64,000 bases of DNA from an uncultured Candidatus Saccharibacteria bacterium (GCA_964655705.1 CAZZPP010000001.1:90534-154533); one strand, 5' to 3'. Numbered from the stretch's first letter, positions 52,108-62,602 are shown. Translations and numbers: made by a program. The notes: generated from the sequence alone by a model not told the origin.

Positions 52108-53073
52108 ATGAAATTAATAGTATTTTCAATCTGTTTAAATGAAGAAAAAACAATAGGGGAGTTACTAGATAGAATACCTAAGAAAATAGAAGGTATTGAT
52201 GAAATAGTTAAAATGGTAATAGATGATGGAAGTACAGATAATACTGTTAAAATTGCTAAAGAACATGGAGCATTAGTATATTCTAATCATAGACAAAAGA
52301 AATTAGCATACTCATTTCAAGTAGCAATAGATAAAGCATTAAAATTGGGAGCAGATATATCAGTAAATATAGATGGAGACCTACAATTCTTACCAGAAGA
52401 AATACCCCTACTAGTTAAACCAATAGTAGATGGAACTGCACAATTTGTAGCAGGTAGTAGATTTAGTAAAGGTAAAAGACCAGAGAATATGTCTAAGGGT
52501 AAATACTTAGGTAATCAGTTAGGAGCTTATGTGGTCAGTAAGTTAACAGATCAGAAGTTTGAGGATGTTACATGTGGTTTTAGAGCATACTCTAAAGAAG
52601 CTATGTTACAGTTAAATATTAATAGTAAATATACATATACCCAAGAATCATTCCAATTAATGGCTTCTAAAAATCTTAATATTGTACAGGTACCAATAAG
52701 TATTAAATACTTTGAAGGAAGAAAATCAAGAGTAGTAAAAAGTGTATTTAGTTTTATTACTGTATCTGCCTTTAATATATTAAGAGCATTTAGAGATTTT
52801 GCTCCTATGAAATTCTTTGGGCTATTAAGTCTAATCCCCTTTATATTTGGAATATTAGCAATGCTGTTTGTAATAATATATAGATTAAAAACAGGAACAT
52901 TTACACCCTTTAAATTCTTAGGACTAGCTGGGATATATTCTTTTACTTTAGGTATAGTAATAGCTCTTTTTGGTCTACTTTCTGATATGTTAGGTAGAAT
53001 GGTAAATAATCAAGAGAAGATTCTGTATTACAGTAAGAAGAATTACTACTCTAAACTTAAAAAGAAAAAATAG
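52108..53073 (+). CDS. GtrB/ArnC-like GT2 polyprenyl-phosphate glycosyltransferase with two C-terminal TM helices
   Basis: FSICLNEEKTIGELLDRIP...MVIDDGSTDNT...DGDLQ catalytic domain followed by two TM helices. Confidence 0.75.
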   Translation: MKLIVFSICLNEEKTIGELLDRIPKKIEGIDEIVKMVIDDGSTDNTVKIAKEHGALVYSNHRQKKLAYSFQVAIDKALKLGADISVNIDGDLQFLPEEIPLLVKPIVDGTAQFVAGSRFSKGKRPENMSKGKYLGNQLGAYVVSKLTDQKFEDVTCGFRAYSKEAMLQLNINSKYTYTQESFQLMASKNLNIVQVPISIKYFEGRKSRVVKSVFSFITVSAFNILRAFRDFAPMKFFGLLSLIPFIFGILAMLFVIIYRLKTGTFTPFKFLGLAGIYSFTLGIVIALFGLLSDMLGRMVNNQEKILYYSKKNYYSKLKKKK

Positions 53074-53148
53074 TGTTTATTGAAGAGTAGATTCCTTTAA
53101 AGTAGAATAATTAAATTACTAATACTTTAATTTATTTTTATCTAAATA

Positions 53149-54162
53149 ATGAGACGAGTCGGAATAATAGGGTGTGGTCATATATTAATTAGACATATTG
53201 AGGCTATAAAGGAAAATCCTCAAGAATTCGAATTGGTTGCCCTTTGTGATATCAATGAAGAAGTCCTTAATAATGCAGTAAAAGAGAATGGTAATGTTAA
53301 AGGATTTACTGATTACAAAGAAATGTTAGAAGAGATGAAAGGAGATATGGACTTTGTAGTTATCGCTACTCCTAACCATTTGCACTATCCTATGGCAATG
53401 GATGCTTTGCATTCTGAATATGATATTCTAATTGAAAAACCAATAGCTTTTGAAGCAGAGAAGGTACAAGAAATTCAAGATGAAGCTGATAAATTAGGAA
53501 GAGAAGCATACTGTGTTTTGCAGGTAAGATATAATCCTACTGTAAAGATGATGAAAAAGGTTCTTGAAGAAGAGTTATTAGGTGATATCCGAGCTATAAC
53601 ATTTATTCAAAGATGGCAAAGACCAGTAGGATATTTTAAGGATTGGAGAGGTTCTATTGATGAGGGGGGAAGATCTCTTTATGAATATGCAATCCACTAT
53701 CTTGATATCATACAGCTTCTTTTTGGAGTCCCTGATGTTAAGTCAACAGATACATTCAATCATAAGCATATGGATATTCCATTTGAGGATACTTCATACT
53801 CTATAGTTCAATACAAAAATGGAGCCTCAGGTAGTATTGAGGTCAATGTTGCAGTTGAACCATCAAACTTAGAATGTTCAATTGCGATAATGGGTTCTCA
53901 AGGGTATCTAAAAATTAGTGGAAATGCACTAGATAAAGTAGAAAGAGCTTCTTTTGAAACAGAGGAATTACAAAAGAAATGGGAGGAGATAGAATCTTCA
54001 AGCGGAGAATCCATTACCCCAAATTCCTATGGTACTCATGTTGGTTCATGTCCAAACCACCCAGTTTTATATTCTGAAATTGCTAAAGGAAATGGTTTAA
54101 AGGTTTCTGAATCAGTCAATTCAATAAAGTTCATTCAAGATGTATATAAGGAGGAGAAGTAA
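53149..54162 (+). CDS. Gfo/Idh/MocA-family NAD-dependent oxidoreductase (WbpB-like sugar 3-dehydrogenase candidate)
   Basis: RVGIIGCGHI Rossmann motif, the EKP motif region and a C-terminal alpha/beta domain; sits with aminotransferase and acetyltransferase genes. Confidence 0.75.
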   Translation: MRRVGIIGCGHILIRHIEAIKENPQEFELVALCDINEEVLNNAVKENGNVKGFTDYKEMLEEMKGDMDFVVIATPNHLHYPMAMDALHSEYDILIEKPIAFEAEKVQEIQDEADKLGREAYCVLQVRYNPTVKMMKKVLEEELLGDIRAITFIQRWQRPVGYFKDWRGSIDEGGRSLYEYAIHYLDIIQLLFGVPDVKSTDTFNHKHMDIPFEDTSYSIVQYKNGASGSIEVNVAVEPSNLECSIAIMGSQGYLKISGNALDKVERASFETEELQKKWEEIESSSGESITPNSYGTHVGSCPNHPVLYSEIAKGNGLKVSESVNSIKFIQDVYKEEK

Positions 54163-54820
54163 TATGGAATTAAAAGAGGGTTTTAATATTAAAGATTTTG
54201 TTGTATTTGATACAAATATAAGAATACATCCTGATGCAGAAATAGCTAAAGACTCTGTAATAGGAAATGGCTCATTAATTTTGGATTGTAAGTTAGGGAA
54301 AGTTAAGCTTGGAGTTGGTTGTATTGTAGGAAATTACTCTATGATAGAAGACAATGTTGAGATAGGAGATGGTTCTAAAGTATGGCACTATAGTCATATT
54401 CGTAATAGTGTCACTATTGGAAAGAACTGTATTCTCGGAGATTATGTATTCATTGATTCTGGTGTTGTAATTGGCGATGAAACAAAAATACAAAATTATG
54501 TACCTGTTTATCACGGTGTGGAGATGGAAGAAGGTGTTTTTCTTGGACCTAACTCATTAACAACAAACGATATGATTCCTAGAGCAAGAACAGAAGAAGG
54601 AGAGATTAAAGGTACTCAGGATTGGCAGGTCTCTTCTATACATATTGGAAAAGATGCATCAATAGGAGCAGGAGCTGTCTTAAGACCAGGAATAAAAATT
54701 GGAGAGAAAGCATTAATTGGGGCAGGTGCTGTTGTTACAAAGGATGTTCCAGCGGGAGCAATTGTTGTTGGTACTCCTGCCAAAATATTGAGATATATAG
54801 AAGGATACGATCCTAAATAA
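54140..54820 (+). CDS. hexapeptide-repeat sugar N-acetyltransferase (WbpD/PglD-like)
   Basis: Left-handed beta-helix repeats throughout ([LIV]G-x-x-x-x-I). Confidence 0.8.
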   Translation: MYIRRRSNMELKEGFNIKDFVVFDTNIRIHPDAEIAKDSVIGNGSLILDCKLGKVKLGVGCIVGNYSMIEDNVEIGDGSKVWHYSHIRNSVTIGKNCILGDYVFIDSGVVIGDETKIQNYVPVYHGVEMEEGVFLGPNSLTTNDMIPRARTEEGEIKGTQDWQVSSIHIGKDASIGAGAVLRPGIKIGEKALIGAGAVVTKDVPAGAIVVGTPAKILRYIEGYDPK

Positions 54821-54837
54821 ATTTTTATGATATTCAG

Positions 54838-55944
54838 ATGATTCCTATATCTAAACCTTTAATAGAAGAGGAAGAGATTAATGCGGTAGTTGAAGTATTA
54901 AAATCAGGAATGATTGCACAAGGTCCAAAAACAGCAGAATTAGAAGCTATGTTTGCAAAACTGTGTGGTACAAAACATGCTGTTGCTTTCTCAAATGGTA
55001 CTACAGCTATTCATACAGCTGTAAGAGCGTTAGGTATAAGTGACGATGATGAGGTTATTACAGTTCCTTTTACCTTTGTAGCCACTGCAAATCCTGTATT
55101 GATGGAGAGAGGAAAAGTAGTATTTGTTGATATATCAGAAGATGATTTCTGTATTGACCCAAACAAGATTGAGGAGAAAGTAACAGATAGAACGAAAGCA
55201 ATTATTCCCGTTGATCTATTTGGTCAAATATACAAATACAAAGAGGTTAAGGAAATTGCAGATAAACATAACTTAAAGATATTAGAGGATGCTTGCCAGG
55301 CAGTTGGAGCTACTCAAGATGGAAAAACGGCAGGTAGTTTTGGTGATGTAGGAGCATTTTCCTTGTATGCAACCAAGAATATTGCAACAGGTGAGGGTGG
55401 AATGTTAACTACTAATGATGAGGAAATAGCTAGACAAGCAAAAATGTTTAGACATCATGGACAAGATGAGGCTGTAAGGTATGAATACTTAGCACTGGGT
55501 CACAACTATAGACTAACAGATTTAGCCGCTGCTTTAGGTGTAGAGCAGATGAAAAAGATAGATAGGATAATAAATACGAGAGTGAGAAATGCATGTCTAT
55601 ATACTGAAGGACTATCAAGCATAGAAGGTATAATTACACCTAAGATAATGGAAAACAATACACATGTATTCCATCAGTATACGATAAGGGTTACAGAGCA
55701 GTATGGTAAAACTAGAGATGAATTGATGACATTTCTAAAAGAGAATGAAATAGGTTGTGGTGTTTACTATCCAAAGCCACTACATCTTCATGAGCATTTT
55801 AGAAAAATGGGATATAAAGAGGGTGATTTCCCAGTTTCTGAGAAACTTTCTAAAGAGGTTCTCTCTTTGCCTGTTAATCCATTTGTTACTGAAAAGGATG
55901 TTGAATTGATAGTTGGAAAGATAAAAGAATTTTTTAAGAAATAA
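54838..55944 (+). CDS. DegT/DnrJ/EryC1/StrS-family PLP-dependent sugar aminotransferase (WbpE-like)
   Basis: Fold-type I aminotransferase; conserved lysine region SLYATKNIATGEGG. Confidence 0.85.
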   Translation: MIPISKPLIEEEEINAVVEVLKSGMIAQGPKTAELEAMFAKLCGTKHAVAFSNGTTAIHTAVRALGISDDDEVITVPFTFVATANPVLMERGKVVFVDISEDDFCIDPNKIEEKVTDRTKAIIPVDLFGQIYKYKEVKEIADKHNLKILEDACQAVGATQDGKTAGSFGDVGAFSLYATKNIATGEGGMLTTNDEEIARQAKMFRHHGQDEAVRYEYLALGHNYRLTDLAAALGVEQMKKIDRIINTRVRNACLYTEGLSSIEGIITPKIMENNTHVFHQYTIRVTEQYGKTRDELMTFLKENEIGCGVYYPKPLHLHEHFRKMGYKEGDFPVSEKLSKEVLSLPVNPFVTEKDVELIVGKIKEFFKK

Positions 55945-55963
55945 ATTTTTATTAGTTTCTATC

Positions 55964-57289
55964 TTGAATAATCAGAATGAAACAATTGCCATTTGTGGTC
56001 TTGGCTATGTTGGATACCCAGTTGCAATGCTATTTGCTGATGCAGGTTTTAATGTAATTGGGGTAGATATCTTAGAAGAAAGAGTACAGAGATTAAATGA
56101 GGGAGAAAACCCAATAAAAGGTCAGGAGCCGGGATTAGATGAATTAGTAGAGAAAGTTATTAAAAAAGGTAATTTTAGAGCAACTGCGGATGTTAAAGAG
56201 TATTGTAAGGCTGACTTCATTATAGTAGCAGTTCAAACTCCTGTGGCAGAAGAAAACAAAAAACCAACATATGAGAATTTAAAGGCAGCTTTAAGAAGTA
56301 TAGGACAGAATATGAAAAAGGGTGTTACTGTAGTTATTGAATCAACAATAGCTCCTGGTACTATGGAACATATTGTAAAACCAATTTTAGAAGAAGAATC
56401 AAAAATGATTGCGGGAAAAGATTTCCATCTTGCTAATTGTCCCGAAAGATTAATGCCGGGCCATCTATTAGAAAATATCAGGTATTACAATCGAGTAGTT
56501 GGTGGGTGGACCCCAGAGTCAGCAACAAAAGTAAAAGAGTTATACAAACATGTAATACAAGGAGAGTTAGAGGAAACAGATTGTATTACAGCAGAGATAG
56601 TAAAGGCAGGTGAAAATACTTATAGGGATGTTCAGATTGCATTTGCAAATGAGATGGCACTGTTATGTGAAGCATATAAAGCAAATGTATGGGAAGTAAG
56701 GAAATTAATAAATAACTGTAGGAAGGTAACAGAAACAAGGCCGGAAGCTTTAAGACAGATGCATTTCCCGGGTGCTGGTGTGGGTGGTCACTGTATTCCT
56801 AAAGATTCCTGGCTGCTTATACATGAAGTAAGGGATATTGTTAATCCTAAACTTATTCCTACTGCTAGATATATAAATGATTTTATGCCTATCCATATGT
56901 TTGAACTACTTGAGAGTGCAGTTAAGGAGGTTGGAAAAGAAATAAAAGACCTAGATGTATTGGTTTTGGGTTGGGCATATGATGCTAATTCGGATGATGA
57001 TAGGAATACTCCTACCAAGCCTTTTATAGAGAAATTAGAGGAAGCAGGAGTAAAATATGAAATACATGATTCATTTATTGATGAGTACAAGGGTAATATT
57101 AAGGAGATATTAAAGGGTAAAGATGCAATAGTGTTAATGACGGGTCATGATGAATACAAAGGATTAAAGTATGAAGAGATTCTAGGAGTAATGAATGAGA
57201 AACCTATTATCATTGATGGTAGGAATATTTTTGATAAAGAGAAAGTAAGAAAGGCGGGCTTTGTATATAAGGGGGTTGGGAATATATAA
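55964..57289 (+). CDS. nucleotide-sugar 6-dehydrogenase (UDP-GlcNAc/UDP-ManNAc dehydrogenase, WbpA/WecC-like)
   Basis: IAICGLGYVGYPVAMLFADAGFNVIGVD Rossmann motif; catalytic Cys region GGHCIPKD; C-terminal UDP-binding domain. Confidence 0.85.
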   Translation: MNNQNETIAICGLGYVGYPVAMLFADAGFNVIGVDILEERVQRLNEGENPIKGQEPGLDELVEKVIKKGNFRATADVKEYCKADFIIVAVQTPVAEENKKPTYENLKAALRSIGQNMKKGVTVVIESTIAPGTMEHIVKPILEEESKMIAGKDFHLANCPERLMPGHLLENIRYYNRVVGGWTPESATKVKELYKHVIQGELEETDCITAEIVKAGENTYRDVQIAFANEMALLCEAYKANVWEVRKLINNCRKVTETRPEALRQMHFPGAGVGGHCIPKDSWLLIHEVRDIVNPKLIPTARYINDFMPIHMFELLESAVKEVGKEIKDLDVLVLGWAYDANSDDDRNTPTKPFIEKLEEAGVKYEIHDSFIDEYKGNIKEILKGKDAIVLMTGHDEYKGLKYEEILGVMNEKPIIIDGRNIFDKEKVRKAGFVYKGVGNI

Positions 57290-57316
57290 TTCATTTATTA
57301 TTGATATAATTAGTCT

Positions 57317-58411
57317 ATGTTAAATAAGAAAACAATTGCAATTGTAGTTCCTGCATATAATGAAGAGAAACAAATAGGGAAGGTAATTGAAACTATGCCT
57401 GATTTTGTTGATAGGATAGTTATTGTTAATGATAAGAGTAAGGATAATACTCAAGAGGTTGTAATAGAGTATATTAAAAATGATAAGTCCGAGGTAAGAG
57501 ATTTAAATCATAGAAAGAAAATTATCCCTAATGGTTATAATCATGCAGAGATAATTGCTGAAAAAATTGTTGGTGAAGAAAAAGTTAGATTTTTACCATC
57601 TGAAGTAAAAAATAAGGACCCTAAAAATTCTAGAATAATATTGATTAATCATTTAAAAAATGGCTCTGTAGGAGCCGCTATAGCTACTGGATATAGATGG
57701 TGTATGGAAAACAATATTGATTGTACTGCAGTGATGGGGGGAGATGGGCAGATGGACCCTAATGAGTTAGAGGATATCTGCATGCCTGTTGTTAATGAAG
57801 AGGTTGATTATGTTAAGGGTAATAGATTAAAACATAGATCTGCGACTTTTGTTATTCCTAAGATAAGGTATTTTGGTAACTCAATTCTTTCATTAATGAC
57901 TAAGATTGCTAGTGGTTATTGGCAAATATCTGATACTCAAACTGGTTATACTGCGATATCTCTTGAGGGATTAAAGGGTATACATCTTTATGATATATAT
58001 CCTTCGTATGGTTGTCCTAATGATATTTTGGTTAAGCTTAATATTGCGAATTTTTCTATTAAAGAGGTTCCTATTAAACCTGTTTATGATGTTGGAGAGG
58101 AATCTAAGATGAAGATCTTTAAGGTAATTCCTAGAATAAGTTGGCTACTTTTTAAACTATTTTGGAAAAGGTTGTACAAGAAGTATCTCTTTAGAGATTT
58201 TCATCCTCTATTTCTTCTTTATCATTTGTCCATTTTCTTACTGTTAATTAACATTCCATATACATTAGCGGTATTAAATGATGTGTTTTTGGGAAACAAA
58301 ATATCTACTAATTCATTAATTGCTTTTATGTTTTTAGGTATTACTGGTTTCCAATCTCTTTTCTTTGCTATGTGGATGGATATGATAGATAACCAGAGAT
58401 TACAGAAATAA
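57317..58411 (+). CDS. membrane-anchored GT2 glycosyltransferase (GtrB-like)
   Basis: IAIVVPAYNEEKQIGKVIETMP...IVIVNDKSKDNT; C-terminal TM helices. Confidence 0.75.
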   Translation: MLNKKTIAIVVPAYNEEKQIGKVIETMPDFVDRIVIVNDKSKDNTQEVVIEYIKNDKSEVRDLNHRKKIIPNGYNHAEIIAEKIVGEEKVRFLPSEVKNKDPKNSRIILINHLKNGSVGAAIATGYRWCMENNIDCTAVMGGDGQMDPNELEDICMPVVNEEVDYVKGNRLKHRSATFVIPKIRYFGNSILSLMTKIASGYWQISDTQTGYTAISLEGLKGIHLYDIYPSYGCPNDILVKLNIANFSIKEVPIKPVYDVGEESKMKIFKVIPRISWLLFKLFWKRLYKKYLFRDFHPLFLLYHLSIFLLLINIPYTLAVLNDVFLGNKISTNSLIAFMFLGITGFQSLFFAMWMDMIDNQRLQK

Positions 58412-58431
58412 CTTAAAACTTTTATTCTTAT

Positions 58432-60414
58432 ATGTGTGGGATTTTAGGTTTTGTAAAAACAGGAAATTCTGATATAGAGGAAGTAGGTATTGAGAAAATT
58501 CTTAAGCATCTATATTCATTCTCTGAAATCAGAGGCCATGACTCCTCGGGTATCGCAGTGGTAGAAGATAAGAAAATATTTGTGTACAAGAGAGCTATAC
58601 CTGCTTCTAGCTTTATTAAGACAAAGCCTTATAAAGAGCTAATTTCTAATGAAACAAAAATTCAAGCAATTATCGCTCATGCGCGTATGGAGACTAATGG
58701 ATCTTTTGCTGAGAATAGAAATAATCAACCAGTAGTGAAAGATGGGTTGATTACGGTACATAATGGAATTATTGTAAATGATGAAGAGTTATGGAAGAAA
58801 TATCCAGACCTGAAAAGGAAATACGAGGTTGATACGGAGGTCTTTAATTCCTTGGTGACTCTTCACACTCAGAAAGAGGGGGATCTTTTATCATCAATCA
58901 AAAAGACACTAAAATTGATAAAGGGTTCATACTCTTTTGCAACTCTATTTGAGAAATATAATTATCTACTTTTAGCTACAAATACTGGATCCTTGTATTA
59001 TATTAAGGGTAATAAATCTATTGTTTTCGCCTCTGAATTTGAATTTCTCAACTCTATGAAGAACAAGTATCCATCCGTATTTAGTAAATGCATTATTTCT
59101 CAATTAAAAGCAAAGGAATTTATATTGATAAATTTGAATAATACTGAAATTATTAATAATGATAAATCAAAAAGAAAAGAAATAGAAAAAAAAGAACGAA
59201 AATCTGAAATGATAGATGTTGTTGAAATTGAAAATACTAAAAGAAAAAGAAATGAACTTCTTAATGACAAAAAAAAATCTGAAGTAACAAAATTTATAAA
59301 GTCCGAGTATGACAATAGAATTGATAGAATTAGGGGATTACGAAGATGTAAGAAATGTATATTACCTGAAACTATGCCTTTTATTGAATTCGATGAAGAA
59401 GGTGTTTGTAATTATTGTAGAGGTTATAAAAAAATTAAACACAATGGTGTAGAGAATTTGGAGAAAATACTTTCCCAATATCGTAGAACTGACGGAAGAC
59501 CAGATTGTATTATGGCATTTAGTGGAGGAAGAGATAGTAGCTATGCACTTCACTATATTAAAAATGAAATGAAAATGAATCCTGTTGCATATTCTTACGA
59601 TTGGGGAATGTTGACTGACTTAGGAAGAAGAAATCAAGCAAGAATGACAGGTTCATTAGGAATTGAGCATATCCTTATCTCCGCTGATATTCAAAGAAAA
59701 AGAGAAAATATAAGAATGAATGTAAAGGCTTGGTTAAAAAGACCTAATTTAGGAACAGTCCCATTATTTATGGCTGGGGATAAGCAGTATTTTTACTATG
59801 CTAGCATGTTAAGTAAACAAATGGATTTGGATTTAGTAATACTTAGTGAAAATCTATTAGAAGTTACAAATTTTAAAACAGGTTTTTGTGGTATTAAACC
59901 AAAGAAAGTGAAAGGTAAAAAATTCTATGCATTATCATTATCTTCAATGTTTAAACTAGTGGCATTTTATGGAAAAGAATATTTATTAAATCCGGCATAT
60001 ATAAACAGATCTTTAATTGATAGTATCGGAGCGTTTGGTTCTTACTATGTAATGCCTCATAAATTACTTTCACTCTATTCATATATTCCTTGGGACGAAA
60101 AAGAAGTTGAAGATGTCCTTTTAAATAAATATGATTGGGAAATTGCAAAAGATACTAATAGTACATGGAGGATTGGAGATGGGACAGCATCTTTTTATAA
60201 TTACATTTATTATATGATTGCTGGTTTTTCTGAAATAGATACATTTAGAAGTAATCAGATTAGAGAAGGGGTTTTATCAAGGGAAGAGGCTTTATTATGT
60301 GCAGAAAAAGAAAATAAACCTAGAATAGAATCCTTAATATGGTATACAGATACAATAGGAATTGACTTGTTTGAAGCCTTGAAAAGAATTAATTCTGTTA
60401 AAACCTTATACTAA
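58432..60414 (+). CDS. fused class II glutamine amidotransferase + Zn-ribbon + PP-loop sugar amidotransferase (AsnB-like/WbpG-WbuX-like)
   Basis: Ntn nucleophile MCGILGF with a ~210-aa GATase II domain; Lys-rich linker; CKKC...CNYC Zn-ribbon; PP-loop AFSGGRDSS ATP-pyrophosphatase domain. Confidence 0.7.
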   Translation: MCGILGFVKTGNSDIEEVGIEKILKHLYSFSEIRGHDSSGIAVVEDKKIFVYKRAIPASSFIKTKPYKELISNETKIQAIIAHARMETNGSFAENRNNQPVVKDGLITVHNGIIVNDEELWKKYPDLKRKYEVDTEVFNSLVTLHTQKEGDLLSSIKKTLKLIKGSYSFATLFEKYNYLLLATNTGSLYYIKGNKSIVFASEFEFLNSMKNKYPSVFSKCIISQLKAKEFILINLNNTEIINNDKSKRKEIEKKERKSEMIDVVEIENTKRKRNELLNDKKKSEVTKFIKSEYDNRIDRIRGLRRCKKCILPETMPFIEFDEEGVCNYCRGYKKIKHNGVENLEKILSQYRRTDGRPDCIMAFSGGRDSSYALHYIKNEMKMNPVAYSYDWGMLTDLGRRNQARMTGSLGIEHILISADIQRKRENIRMNVKAWLKRPNLGTVPLFMAGDKQYFYYASMLSKQMDLDLVILSENLLEVTNFKTGFCGIKPKKVKGKKFYALSLSSMFKLVAFYGKEYLLNPAYINRSLIDSIGAFGSYYVMPHKLLSLYSYIPWDEKEVEDVLLNKYDWEIAKDTNSTWRIGDGTASFYNYIYYMIAGFSEIDTFRSNQIREGVLSREEALLCAEKENKPRIESLIWYTDTIGIDLFEALKRINSVKTLY

Positions 60415-61535
60415 TGAAAAAGATAATCAACATTTTATTCAATGACTTTACAAATGATAATAGAGTATTCAAAGAATCTCAGAGCTTAATTAATGAAGGA
60501 TATAATGTTGAATTAGTTGCTACTAGGTTTGATAGAAATAATCCAATTGATGAAGAAATTAAAGGAATAAAAGTACATAGAGTTTCTGTTGGAAAGTTCA
60601 ATTTTCTTCCATTAAATCTTTTTTTGTTTTGGTTAAAAGTAGTTAGATTGTATAAAAAAGAAGCAATATTTCATTGTAATGATTTATATGCCCTACCTCC
60701 AGCATTTTTCATTAAAAAATTCATAAATAGAAATGTAAAGATTGTGTATGACTGTCATGAGCATGAGACAGAAGCTGGCATATATATAGAGAAACCAATC
60801 TTAAAGTGGTTTGCCAAGGTGACTGAAAAGGTGATGATAAAGTCAGTAGACAATGTAATTACAGTTAGTGAATCTATTGCAGAGGACTATGTAAAGTTAT
60901 ATGCAATTGAAAAACCACAATTAGTTCTGAACTGTCCGAACTACAAAGAATACAGAGGTTTGGATATTTTTAGAAAGAAATTTAAACTAGGTAAGGAAAA
61001 GATAATTTTCCTTTTTCAAGGGGAATATTTAAAGGGGAGAGGAGTAGACAATTTAATTGAAATATTCAAAGTACTTGAAAAAGAAAATAAAAGTCTAGTG
61101 CTTATACTTTTAGTTTATGGAGAAGGTATTGAGAGCTTAAAAGAGAAAATCAAAGGAATACAGAATATCTTTTGGCATGATAAGGTGTCAAAGGACATTT
61201 ATATGGATTATGTGGCTTCATGTGATTGGGGTATATATTTAATGGAAAATATTTGTAAAAATCACGATTATGCTTTACCTAATAAACTTTTTGACTATAT
61301 TATGGCAGGTTTACCAGTGGTGGTATCAAACCTGAAGGAAATGAGCAAATTTGTTGATGAAAATCATATCGGTTATACTGTTGATTCAACAAACCCCGAT
61401 AATATAGTTAAATTACTAAAGGGATTCACAAATACGAGTAAAGAGGAATTCAGTGAGAATCTTAAAATAGTATCAAAAAAATATTGTTGGGAAGAGCAAG
61501 AAAAAGTATTAATTAAAATATATAATTCATTGTAA
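60414..61535 (+). CDS. GT-B fold glycosyltransferase (GT4-like, divergent)
   Basis: N-terminal GT4-type sugar-binding region and a C-terminal nucleotide-binding half, but with weak motifs. Placement is by architecture. Confidence 0.5.
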   Translation: MKKIINILFNDFTNDNRVFKESQSLINEGYNVELVATRFDRNNPIDEEIKGIKVHRVSVGKFNFLPLNLFLFWLKVVRLYKKEAIFHCNDLYALPPAFFIKKFINRNVKIVYDCHEHETEAGIYIEKPILKWFAKVTEKVMIKSVDNVITVSESIAEDYVKLYAIEKPQLVLNCPNYKEYRGLDIFRKKFKLGKEKIIFLFQGEYLKGRGVDNLIEIFKVLEKENKSLVLILLVYGEGIESLKEKIKGIQNIFWHDKVSKDIYMDYVASCDWGIYLMENICKNHDYALPNKLFDYIMAGLPVVVSNLKEMSKFVDENHIGYTVDSTNPDNIVKLLKGFTNTSKEEFSENLKIVSKKYCWEEQEKVLIKIYNSL

Positions 61536-61537
61536 AT

Positions 61538-62602
61538 ATGAAAGTAATTTCATTAATAGGAGCTAGACCTCAATATATAAAAGAAGCGGTGCTAAATAAA
61601 GCTTTTAAAGAAGCCGGTGTAGAAGAAATAATAGTAAACTCTGGTCAACACTATGATTATAATATGGCTGATGTATTTTTTGAGAAATTAAATATTAAAG
61701 CACCTGATTACAATCTTAAAGTAGGATCTGGTTTACATGGTGAAATGACTGCAAAGATAATGATTGAATTTGAGAAGTTAGTCATGGACATCAAACCGGA
61801 CGTAGTTTTGGTATATGGAGATACCAATACAACATTAGCTGGAGCAATTGTTACAACAAAATTAAAAATACCTTTAGCGCATGTTGAGGCTGGAGTTAGA
61901 ATGCTTCCTAAGGATATGCCAGAAGAAATAAATAGGACATTAACAGATAGGATATCTAATTACCTTTTCTGTCCCTCAGAATTGTCAGTAGTAAATCTTA
62001 AAAAGGAGGGTATTACCCAGGGGGTATATTTTACTGGAGATGTAACATATGATTTGTTTTTACAATCCAAGGAACATTTTGATTACTCTGTATATGAAAA
62101 TATGAAATTAGAGGAGAATAAATATATATTAGTTACTCTTCATAGAGATTATAATGTTGATGATAATGAGAGATTTGAGAAAATACTTAAAGAATTAGAT
62201 AAACTATCAAAAGATTTTAGAATAGTATTTCCAATACACCCAAGAAGTAAAAAAAGGATAGAACAATTTGGATATGAAAAGTATATTAATGGAATAGAGT
62301 TAATTGAACCCATAGACTATCTTTCTTTAATGGGATTACTTCAACATAGTAAGAGTGTGATTACTGATAGTGGAGGATTTCAAAAGGAGGCATACTTTAG
62401 TAAAAAACCTGCATACTTACCTATGCCTGATCCAGCATGGCACGAATTAGTTAATTACGGAATGAATACTTTGTGTGAAGCGGACAATATATATGAAAAG
62501 ATTTTAGATGAGAAAGATTATAATTATGTTCCTAATATATATGGGCAAGGAGATGCAGGAGAGAAAATAGTTAATATACTTGGAGAAAGAATAGATGTTT
62601 AA
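61538..62602 (+). CDS. wecB: UDP-N-acetylglucosamine (or UDP-GlcNAc3NAcA) 2-epimerase, non-hydrolysing
   Basis: MKVISLIGARPQYIKEA; HVEAGVR; DSGGFQKEAY motifs of WecB/WbpI/MnaA. Confidence 0.9.
   Translation: MKVISLIGARPQYIKEAVLNKAFKEAGVEEIIVNSGQHYDYNMADVFFEKLNIKAPDYNLKVGSGLHGEMTAKIMIEFEKLVMDIKPDVVLVYGDTNTTLAGAIVTTKLKIPLAHVEAGVRMLPKDMPEEINRTLTDRISNYLFCPSELSVVNLKKEGITQGVYFTGDVTYDLFLQSKEHFDYSVYENMKLEENKYILVTLHRDYNVDDNERFEKILKELDKLSKDFRIVFPIHPRSKKRIEQFGYEKYINGIELIEPIDYLSLMGLLQHSKSVITDSGGFQKEAYFSKKPAYLPMPDPAWHELVNYGMNTLCEADNIYEKILDEKDYNYVPNIYGQGDAGEKIVNILGERIDV

Noticed and set aside
60414-61535. Considered calling this ORF a non-GT protein because the GT4 motifs are weak
   Set aside because: Its length, position between the amidotransferase and the 2-epimerase in a co-directional operon, and two-lobed hydrophobic pattern fit a divergent GT-B enzyme better than any alternative I could recognise. 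Kept as a low-confidence glycosyltransferase.
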